Shown piece after piece: positions 56,903-64,000 of a stretch of 64,000 nucleotides of DNA. The translations under genes and the position numbers were made by a program. The DNA lies in the NCBI GenBank assembly GCA_023266875.1, contig JAHFOJ010000002.1, positions 3,163 through 67,162 on the forward strand, written 5' to 3'. The stretch comes from Candidatus Giovannonibacteria bacterium. Lineage in GTDB: Bacteria > Patescibacteriota > Minisyncoccia > JACPKW01 > UBA11713. Positions within the stretch are counted from its first letter, which is position 1. Each line of letters starts with the position of its first letter. The notes under the pieces are model-generated. The model saw only the letters and a list, made by a program, of their open reading frames with translations. It did no database searches and was not told the origin of the DNA.

Positions 56903-58126
56903 TTATTCGTACCTCAAAGCATCTATAGGATTCAGCCCCGCCGCGCGGCGCGCCGGATAAAAGCCGAATATAATTCCTATGGCGGCGGAAACTCCGAATG
57001 CAAGTAAAATCGAAGATATGGATACGCTCGTCTGAATAATTCCAAAATACGTTACCGCATATGATATAGTCCAGCCAAAAACAATCCCGATAAGTCCGCC
57101 AATAAATGTCAGCATGACCGCTTCCGTCAAAAATTGGAGGTTAATATCCCGCTTTGTCGCACCAATTGCTTTTCTAAGCCCGATTTCTTTAGTCCGCTCC
57201 GTTACCGTGGTCAACATCATATTCATGATCCCGATGCCCCCGACCAAAAGCGAGATCCCTGCAACCGCGCCCAAGAGAATCGTAAAAGTTTGAGTGACTG
57301 AAGATGCCGCCTGCACAATATCAGCTTGATTGAGCGTGTTAAAATCGGCCAGCTGTGGATCGGATATGCGATGGCGATCAAGCAGGAGATTTGTAATTTG
57401 TTCTTGAACTGTAGGCATCGACTGCTGATCTTGAGCTTGAATGCTGATCGTAGTTACATACGAGTCTCCCGCTAAAAAACGCTGGGCTGACGTAAGCGGG
57501 ACAAAAATCATATCATCTTGGCTCCCGAAACCAGATCCTCCTTTCGATTTGGTAATCCCGATTATCTTAAACTCGATACTTTTTATCCGAATTGCCTGCC
57601 CTATAGCGCTAGATCCTTCTCCAAAAAGATCATCGCGCGCCGTCGGCCCTAAAATCGCAACCTTTGAAAAGCTGAGCAAATTTTGCTCCGTGATAAACGA
57701 ACCTTCATCAATCTGGACATTCCGAACCTCCGGATAAAGAGAATTAGTTCCGATCACGGAGGTGTTTGTATTTTTTCCTTTGGCGGTTATCTGATAGCGT
57801 CCGGAGATTTCCGGGGCGACAGCACTCACTGAAGTAACATCTTTCGCTACAGCATCAGCATCCGCTTGTGTAAGCGTCCGCGCAGAGCCACGGCCTGAAG
57901 AAACCTGAAATCCAGGCCCCCGCTGAGCCCCCGGCATCACCAAAATGAGATTTGACCCAAGCGACTGTATAGATGATTGGATTGTCCCCTGCGCCCCCTG
58001 GCCGATCGCGACCAATGCGATAACCGAACTTATGCCGATTATGATGCCGAGCATTGTAAGTCCGGAGCGGGCTTTGTTCGCGGATAGCGCAGTATAAGTT
58101 TCCTCTAGAATATCGACAATAGTCAT
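56903..58126 (-). CDS. MacB/FtsX-type ABC permease
   Basis: RSGLTMLGIIIG, SLLVGGIGIMN, ERTKEIGLRKAIGA, PIDALRYE. Confidence 0.95.
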   Translation of the reverse strand: MTIVDILEETYTALSANKARSGLTMLGIIIGISSVIALVAIGQGAQGTIQSSIQSLGSNLILVMPGAQRGPGFQVSSGRGSARTLTQADADAVAKDVTSVSAVAPEISGRYQITAKGKNTNTSVIGTNSLYPEVRNVQIDEGSFITEQNLLSFSKVAILGPTARDDLFGEGSSAIGQAIRIKSIEFKIIGITKSKGGSGFGSQDDMIFVPLTSAQRFLAGDSYVTTISIQAQDQQSMPTVQEQITNLLLDRHRISDPQLADFNTLNQADIVQAASSVTQTFTILLGAVAGISLLVGGIGIMNMMLTTVTERTKEIGLRKAIGATKRDINLQFLTEAVMLTFIGGLIGIVFGWTISYAVTYFGIIQTSVSISSILLAFGVSAAIGIIFGFYPARRAAGLNPIDALRYE

Positions 58127-58128
58127 TG

Positions 58129-58836
58129 TTATGTATGTTTTATGATTCTTTGCGAATGTTTTTTTGAATCACTTAAAATGAGCCCGTCTTTAATTTGGAT
58201 AATCCGATCCGCGTGCTCCGCCAAATCCTGCTCGTGAGTAATTAAAATTATCGTTCTTCCCTCGGTTTGATTCAGCTTTTGGAATGTGCCCATAACAATC
58301 TCTCCGGTTATTGAATCTAAATTTCCTGTCGGTTCATCCGCTAGAATTAGTTTTGGATCGTTAACAAGAGCGCGGGCGATTGCGACGCGCTGGATTTGTC
58401 CTCCAGAAAGCTGGTTCGAAAGATATTGGAAACGATCTTCATCAAGCCCCGCGGCCTTGAGCGCGATTTTCGCGCGTTCTTCGCGCTTCTCACGGTTCAC
58501 CCCGGTATAAACCAGCGGCAAGGTAGTGTTTCGCATTACTGTCGAGCGCGCCAAAAGATTGAAAGTTTGAAACACAAAACCGATCTTATCTTTTCTTATA
58601 TTCGCCAATTCATCATCAGAAAGTTTGGAAACGTCTTCGCCGTCAAGCAGATATGTCCCACTTGTCGGCGTATCGAGCGCGCCTAAAATATGCATCAATG
58701 TCGATTTTCCTGAACCGGACGGGCCCATGATAGCGACAAACTCGCCGTCGTCAATTTCAAAACTCACTCCGCGAAGCGCCCGAAATTCCACATCGCCCGT
58801 CTTATAAATCTTCGTTACGTTTTTAATTTCTATCAT
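58129..58836 (-). CDS. ABC transporter ATP-binding protein (LolD/MacB-type)
   Basis: [32 protein letters not shown]. Confidence 0.96.
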   Translation of the reverse strand: MIEIKNVTKIYKTGDVEFRALRGVSFEIDDGEFVAIMGPSGSGKSTLMHILGALDTPTSGTYLLDGEDVSKLSDDELANIRKDKIGFVFQTFNLLARSTVMRNTTLPLVYTGVNREKREERAKIALKAAGLDEDRFQYLSNQLSGGQIQRVAIARALVNDPKLILADEPTGNLDSITGEIVMGTFQKLNQTEGRTIILITHEQDLAEHADRIIQIKDGLILSDSKKHSQRIIKHT

Positions 58837-58837
58837 A

Positions 58838-60550
58838 CTATCGCCCTCCTCCAGTTGTTGGAATCCGCACGCCGCCGCCACCGATTCGAGCCCCTCCTCC
58901 AAGCAAACTTGGCGCTTGCTGGGTTGTCGTCACGGCCGCCGCAGCAATGATTCTTGTGACCACCTGATCGCCCTCCTTTAATCCGGATACAATTTCCGTG
59001 AAAGTATCATTCGAAAGTCCAATCTCGACTTGAAACTGTTTAGGCGGTATCGTCGATGGAGCGCCCTGAATTCTTTGGCTACCCTGGAGTGGCGCTTCAA
59101 AAATCTCAACATATTTAGTATTTCCTTGTGTCTTGACCGCGCTATTCGGAACCATCAAAACATCTTGTTTTATCTCGGTGATAATAGCTGCATTTACGCT
59201 CATGCCCGATTTCACTCTATCGTCTTGCGTATCAAAATTTATTTTCACGGCATAGGTTACGACACCCTGCGTAACAGCCCCGATAGAATCAATTTCAGAA
59301 ACTTGCCCTGCGATGCTTAAATTTTCGATAGCATCAAAAGTAAGCATAACCTTTTGCCCTGCGTTAATTTTTGCGGCATCGACTTCGTTTAAAGAAATTT
59401 CGGCGATTTTCTGTTTTGTGATAAGGGTCGCGACAATAGTAGCCGAAGAGATCGAGTCGGCTTTTTTAACACTGACTTTTGCCACTGTTCCCGAAAAGGG
59501 AGTACGGATTGAATAGTCAGCAAGTTTTTCTTTGGCGTCCGCTAGGGCATTTTCGCTCCTAGCAACTGAAAGTTCTCCGGATCGTACGTCTAAATCAGCG
59601 TTTAAAATAGAGTCTTTATCCGTTTTTATTTGATTTACGACATTGGCCAAATCAGCTAAGTGTGAATTGTTTTTAGAGGTATAGCTGTTGAGCGCAGTAA
59701 GATGTGTATTTGAAATAGAATTTGCCGCCGAGCCTTTTTGTGATAATTGATCCTGATAAAACTGAATAAAATTATTAGTATTCTTTGTGGCATCAGAAAT
59801 GCCAATCACAGTCGCGTATGTTTCGTTGATCAGTGCTTCAATTGCAGTGGGATCGGCAGCGCGCGAAGCGGATTGGAAATCCGCGAAGTTTTTGTCGTAG
59901 GCGATCCGCACTTTTTGATAGGCTGAAGTCGCAGCATTTCTATAATCAAGAATCTTGGAGTTAAAATTACTCACCGCGTCATTATAATAATCCACATTAT
60001 ACTGGCTCTTATTTAGATCATTTCCATAGAGAATATTCTGGATCCCCGTGATTACGGCCGGCAAATCCAAAAAAGAATTGGCGATAGCGGTATATCCTTC
60101 GTCATATGATTTTTTCAAACTATCTTGGGCATCCTGTTTATTTTTTGGCGTGGTTGCGCCTTCGGCTCCCCTCAATTTTTCAAGCGTGATCTTGGCGCTC
60201 TCGAGATTCGCTTCGGCGTCTCGAACAGCTTTTCTCGCATCAGCTTCGTCAATTTGTAAAATCAGCGCTCCTGCTTGGGCATAATCTCCATCCCTAACTC
60301 CAACAAAAATAACATCGCCGGATACTTTCGGCTTAATGTCAACCTGGCTTGTCGCCGAAACCTGACCCGATCCGGTTACAGAAACCGCGATGGTGCCCTT
60401 TTCTGCCATAGCCGTGACATAGCTCGTGACACTTTTCGCGCCGTATATTTTCTGATAGCCCCAATATGCGATCACGGCGGCAATAAGAATGATGACCGCG
60501 GAAAGTAATTTTCTTTTAGCCATCTTAGCTATAAGTTTTTTCATAAACAC
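58838..60550 (-). CDS. MacA-like efflux adaptor (membrane fusion protein) with long helical insert
   Basis: TM, split lipoyl motifs KVSGDV/IRTPFSGTV, GMSVNA.I, GLKEGDQVV. Confidence 0.9.
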   Translation of the reverse strand: MFMKKLIAKMAKRKLLSAVIILIAAVIAYWGYQKIYGAKSVTSYVTAMAEKGTIAVSVTGSGQVSATSQVDIKPKVSGDVIFVGVRDGDYAQAGALILQIDEADARKAVRDAEANLESAKITLEKLRGAEGATTPKNKQDAQDSLKKSYDEGYTAIANSFLDLPAVITGIQNILYGNDLNKSQYNVDYYNDAVSNFNSKILDYRNAATSAYQKVRIAYDKNFADFQSASRAADPTAIEALINETYATVIGISDATKNTNNFIQFYQDQLSQKGSAANSISNTHLTALNSYTSKNNSHLADLANVVNQIKTDKDSILNADLDVRSGELSVARSENALADAKEKLADYSIRTPFSGTVAKVSVKKADSISSATIVATLITKQKIAEISLNEVDAAKINAGQKVMLTFDAIENLSIAGQVSEIDSIGAVTQGVVTYAVKINFDTQDDRVKSGMSVNAAIITEIKQDVLMVPNSAVKTQGNTKYVEIFEAPLQGSQRIQGAPSTIPPKQFQVEIGLSNDTFTEIVSGLKEGDQVVTRIIAAAAVTTTQQAPSLLGGGARIGGGGVRIPTTGGGR

Positions 60551-60552
60551 AG

Positions 60553-61032
60553 CTAACGACCAAATACGCGGATAAATTTCGCTTCAATCTGCCCCTTATC
60601 GTCAGGCGAGCCAATGATTACGATATTTTGGTCTACCTTTAGATCAGCAGGCTTAAGATTTTCCAGTCCGCTCCGGATGGCGGCTAAGTTAGAAACAATT
60701 ATAGTTTGTTCTTTATTGTTGCGTCCTTTAATAACGAGAGTTGTCTCTTGACCTGCTGCCACCGGATCAATTTTTATGATTACTCCAGAAATTCCGTGGG
60801 CGTTCATAAAATCCCCGTCGCCGTCGAGGTCTCCGAACATCATACCCATTGGGCCAATTCTCGGGCCTCCGAAATTACGGTGATAATTTTCCGCAAATCG
60901 ATAAGAAAAACCTGCCTTGCTAAACCCGACAAATTCTCCGGCTTTGAAAACCAAAAGAAATACGACAATAATCCCGATCGCAATAAGAATTTTTATAAAA
61001 AGTTTTGATTCAAAAAATGTTTTTATATCCAT
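60553..61032 (-). CDS. Membrane-anchored DUF5666-like protein
   Basis: TM, HGISG.II.I...DLKVDQ.IVIIG.P...GQIEAKFIR. Confidence 0.65.
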   Translation of the reverse strand: MDIKTFFESKLFIKILIAIGIIVVFLLVFKAGEFVGFSKAGFSYRFAENYHRNFGGPRIGPMGMMFGDLDGDGDFMNAHGISGVIIKIDPVAAGQETTLVIKGRNNKEQTIIVSNLAAIRSGLENLKPADLKVDQNIVIIGSPDDKGQIEAKFIRVFGR

Positions 61033-61049
61033 AGTTTAATATGAATGGC

Positions 61050-61457
61050 CTATGCGCTTGCCCCGAACACGGCGTTTATATCGCGAACCAATAATTTAAG
61101 AGACCCTAGAAAAATAAATATTGCCGCAAGAACTCCTGTGACGCTGAAAATCGGAAGAGACTCCAAAGTTAACGACAAAGTGTCCGACCATGCCAGAAAC
61201 ACCTGGTCTAGATCGAAAAAAATAAGCGATAATAACTGCAGTAAACCTGAACGATAAAGCTCCGCCTGCATCAATTTAAAAGCAAGGACAAAAAGAAATA
61301 GCGAAACGGCTGATGTAAGTGAGTAAAGCCATACTCTCTGGCGCGCCGTCTTTCTATACTTTTCAGCCACAATTTTTTCCAAGATTCTCTCAAAAAGCCC
61401 ATTTGGCATTTTTGGCTTTTTAAGGTCTTTGTATGGTTTTGGCATATCTTTGGCCAC
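61050..61457 (-). CDS. Putative membrane anti-sigma factor
   Basis: P.GLFERILEKI N-terminus followed by TMs; directly downstream of the ECF sigma. Confidence 0.55.
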   Translation of the reverse strand: MAKDMPKPYKDLKKPKMPNGLFERILEKIVAEKYRKTARQRVWLYSLTSAVSLFLFVLAFKLMQAELYRSGLLQLLSLIFFDLDQVFLAWSDTLSLTLESLPIFSVTGVLAAIFIFLGSLKLLVRDINAVFGASA

Positions 61458-61533
61458 ACCTGGCTCTATATACTAATACGAAAGAAAAGGCGTATTTGGT
61501 GCGCTCTTTTGGTATAGCGTCAATTAGGCCTTA

Positions 61534-62094
61534 TTATTCGGACAAAAGACCTCTAAGAGCGGACATGGCTCTTCGGTGCCGGCTTTTAACCGTATGAATT
61601 GATTCGCCGGTTATTTTAGCAATCTCGGCAAAAGAAAGATCGCTATTGTAGCGGAACGCTAAAACATCGCGGTATTTGCGAGAAAGCGATCCGGCAACTT
61701 TACGAACAGAATCCATTAAGCTTTTTCTGTTAGAAACCATATCCGGCATAGGCGCTTCATCAATAAGCGTTTCCGCCAAGACATTTTTGCCAAGAACGTT
61801 TTCAAATGAAGAGAAAGAAACTGATGATTTTTTCTTCAAAAAATCAATCGCTGTATTTTTAGCAATGCTATAAACCCAAGTTTTAAAATTTTTTTCCTTG
61901 TCAAATTTTTTTATGCTTTTCCAGACTTTCACGAACACTTCTTGTGTCACATCTTCCGCTATTTCAGAAGTCCCAACCCAGCGATAAGCGAACCTATATA
62001 TCGGAACTAAATAGCGTTTAATTAAAATTTCAAGCGCCGATTCATCCCCTCTTAAGTATCTAGCCACAAGCTCTTTGTCTATAAATTCATACAT
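61534..62094 (-). CDS. ECF RNA polymerase sigma factor
   Basis: AEDVTQEVFVKVW, FKTWVYSIAKN..IDF, LSFAEIA...TVKSRHRRA. Confidence 0.95.
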   Translation of the reverse strand: MYEFIDKELVARYLRGDESALEILIKRYLVPIYRFAYRWVGTSEIAEDVTQEVFVKVWKSIKKFDKEKNFKTWVYSIAKNTAIDFLKKKSSVSFSSFENVLGKNVLAETLIDEAPMPDMVSNRKSLMDSVRKVAGSLSRKYRDVLAFRYNSDLSFAEIAKITGESIHTVKSRHRRAMSALRGLLSE

Positions 62095-62113
62095 ATACTG
62101 ATTATAACGTATT

Positions 62114-62710
62114 TTACTGAACTTTGTTTTTATATATTGCCGCACTCATCGCTCTTCGCCTCCAAAAATCGCCAGCGGAGTCGAGAATAAAACTTAAAAT
62201 AAGAACGGCGACCATCCCCGCGCCTATCATTTTAGTAAGATCATCTTCCCTTTTTTCAACTTCGCGCATATTGCGCCCTGAGGCAACAAACCATCCAGAA
62301 TTATCCGGCACAGGCCGAACCACCAGCGCGATGCGAGTGGAAGAATTTGGCTGCCACGTTACCTTATTTTCACCGTAAGATTTAGCATGCTCAAAAACTC
62401 CAGCCGGCGGTTTTGGCAGTGCATTATCAATTATCGCAGAAGATTCTAGAGGATTCCCGTCTTTATCAAAAATAGCTATGAACGGAGCAAGATCTTCTGA
62501 AATGTTAATTATAGTTCCGCGCGGCACAACATCAACCGGTTTTTTACCGGACGCAAGCGCCCTCGCTCCATCCTCTGCTATTTGAATTTGCGGGTCGTTT
62601 AGTGACTGACGGTAATTTTGCTGTACCGTAACATACAAAAGCCCGCATATTCCGATGATTGCGGCCCCTAGGGGTAGCCAGTGAAAAAATAGTCCGTTAA
62701 ATCTATTCAT
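62114..62710 (-). CDS. Hypothetical 2-TM protein with extracytoplasmic sensor-like domain
   Basis: TM-loop-TM topology; FIAIFD.DG..L.SS and WFVASGR resemble Cache-like strands. Confidence 0.65.
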   Translation of the reverse strand: MNRFNGLFFHWLPLGAAIIGICGLLYVTVQQNYRQSLNDPQIQIAEDGARALASGKKPVDVVPRGTIINISEDLAPFIAIFDKDGNPLESSAIIDNALPKPPAGVFEHAKSYGENKVTWQPNSSTRIALVVRPVPDNSGWFVASGRNMREVEKREDDLTKMIGAGMVAVLILSFILDSAGDFWRRRAMSAAIYKNKVQ

Positions 62711-62725
62711 TATAAAGTTTAATTG

Positions 62726-62796
62726 CGGGGGCTGAGGGAATCGGACCCCCAACCGCGGTTTTGGAGACCGCTATTATACCATTTAACTAAGCCCCC
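62726..62796 (-). tRNA. tRNA-Trp(CCA)
   Basis: GGGGGCT/AGCCCCC acceptor stem, GCGGT-CTCCAAA-ACCGC anticodon arm; CCA end not encoded. Confidence 0.9.
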
Positions 62797-62905
62797 CGAT
62801 TTAAATTTTATTTAATCAACTTTGCTCCTTAATTAAAGCATATTTGTAATTAACCGCAAAAAATAGGCCTCAATATAAGCAATTGTTACAGAACCATAAG
62901 ATAGA

Positions 62906-63064
62906 TTATACCTTTGCTTCTTTGTGAGCTGTGCGTTTATCACACCACTTACAGAATTTTTGAAGCTCAATCTTGCGCTCCACCGTTTTCTTATTTTTGG
63001 TCGTATAATAGTTATCCCTCTTGCAAACCGAGCACCGCAATTTAAAAAGTTTATCCTGTGACAT
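62906..63064 (-). CDS. rpmG: 50S ribosomal protein L33 (not in ORF track)
   Basis: Hand translation MSQDKLFKLRCSVCKRDNYYTTKNKKTVERKIELQKFCKWCDKRTAHKEAKV. Confidence 0.96.
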   Translation of the reverse strand: MSQDKLFKLRCSVCKRDNYYTTKNKKTVERKIELQKFCKWCDKRTAHKEAKV

Positions 63065-63113
63065 ATTAACAGATGTTAGCAGAGATGCTTTATTATTTCA
63101 AGAATTAAAACGC

Positions 63114-64000
63114 CTACCAAATCTTAGCCCGCGCTTCTGACTCGCGAAACATTTTATCGCCAATTTTTAATCCGAAAGTTTTGTAGAACGGCTCGAAGTT
63201 TGAAAGAGGAATATTGACTCTATAACGAGCCGGGGAATGAGGATCGATTGTAGCAAGCCTTCGCGCCTCTTCCGGGCGCTCGTGCCCGCATTCAGCGACC
63301 GCAAAGCCAAAAAAGAAAAGTTCTTCAGGATTATATTTTCCATGAGAACCGGAAATGTTTTTGCCTGACACCGCTTCCTTGAAAGCGTCATAAGCGATCG
63401 TAAGCCCCGCAAGATCCGCGATATTTTCTCCGAGCGTGAGCTCACCCTTTACATGGGCCTCATCAACCGCCATAAGCTCGTCAAATTGAGACACTAGGAT
63501 GCGCGCTCTATCTTCGAACTTCTTTCTATCTTCCTCGAGCCACCATTCATTCATATTGCCAAATTCATCAAATTTGCTTCCTTTATCATCAAACGCGTGG
63601 GAAAGTTCGTGTCCAATTATCGAACCTATTGCGCCGTAATTTATCGCTTCAAAAGCATCGGGATCAAAAAAAGGCGGCTGCAAAATTCCGGCTGGGAAAA
63701 CAATTTCGTTAAAGGTAAAATTGCAATAGGCATTCACTGTCTGCGGCGTCATCCCCCATTCCGTCCTGTCCACTGGTTTTCCTACTTTCGAAAGCCGGCG
63801 CCTTGATTCAAACTCTGATGCCCTGAAAATATTCTCTGCAAAAGAATCATTCATAATTTCAAGCGCCGAATAATCCCTCCATTTTTCCGGATAACCAAGC
63901 TTCCTCGTAATTGCCCCGAGCTTCAAAAGTGCCCTTTCCTTGGTTTCCGCTGTCATCCATTCGAGGACTTTAATTCTATTCTCAAAGGCATGGGTTATGT
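63114..64000 (-). CDS. M13 (neprilysin/PepO) metallopeptidase, 5'-partial
   Basis: VNAY, FPAGILQPPFF, HELSH, GENIAD, DPHSP. Confidence 0.95.
   Translation of the reverse strand, partial: ITHAFENRIKVLEWMTAETKERALLKLGAITRKLGYPEKWRDYSALEIMNDSFAENIFRASEFESRRRLSKVGKPVDRTEWGMTPQTVNAYCNFTFNEIVFPAGILQPPFFDPDAFEAINYGAIGSIIGHELSHAFDDKGSKFDEFGNMNEWWLEEDRKKFEDRARILVSQFDELMAVDEAHVKGELTLGENIADLAGLTIAYDAFKEAVSGKNISGSHGKYNPEELFFFGFAVAECGHERPEEARRLATIDPHSPARYRVNIPLSNFEPFYKTFGLKIGDKMFRESEARAKIW

Noticed and set aside
3819-62796. Alternative genetic code (UGA=Gly as in Gracilibacteria/Absconditabacteria)
   Set aside because: TGA terminates conserved genes at the expected position (e.g. rpmJ) and core genes are intact under code 11.
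307-63806. Many antisense or nested ORFs in the six-frame track (e.g. 1436-2035, 2028-2777, 14277-14870, 38001-38465)
   Set aside because: They overlap well-supported genes and show no recognisable motifs; treated as shadow ORFs.

Overview
Chromosomal segment of a Patescibacteria/CPR (Parcubacteria-like) bacterium, inferred from gene content and style; code 11 (TGA stops, tRNA-Trp CCA). About 1-39 kb is housekeeping: alaS 3' end, an FtsA-like/baseplate-J-like pair, infA-rpmJ-rpsM-rpsK-rpsD-rpoA-rplQ-rplM-rpsI, CIRCE-controlled hrcA-grpE-dnaK-dnaJ, dsbA/VKOR, ddl, rmuC, recR, dnaB, cysS, gltX, murG-ftsW-murD-mraY, scpAB and aspS. About 39-54.4 kb is accessory. It holds a repeat-flanked ArsR gene, a PhcB/YnbC-like methyltransferase coupled to a multi-TM histidine kinase, a secreted lipase-like protein, and an AT-rich ~9 kb carrier-protein biosynthetic cluster next to tRNA-Glu. 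That cluster encodes a PPTase, a CerJ/ChlB6-like KAS III, a thioester reductase, two ACPs, a SerRS-like amino acid:carrier ligase, a methyltransferase, two diiron ferritin-like proteins, an acyl-CoA dehydrogenase, an SRPBCC protein and PlsC. It is the best candidate for an undescribed system (aminolipid or lipid-signal synthesis in a lineage that usually lacks fatty-acid synthesis). The right end has murF, an ECF sigma/MacAB-like module, tRNA-Trp, rpmG and an M13 peptidase. Non-coding highlights: two copies of a ~120 bp hairpin element filling stop-to-start junctions in the alpha operon, a dif-like site near a gene-orientation switch, a candidate ~150 nt structured ncRNA, a four-copy ATTCGTACGAAT motif and widespread leaderless promoter architecture. 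All product calls come from motif recognition by eye; no searches were run.
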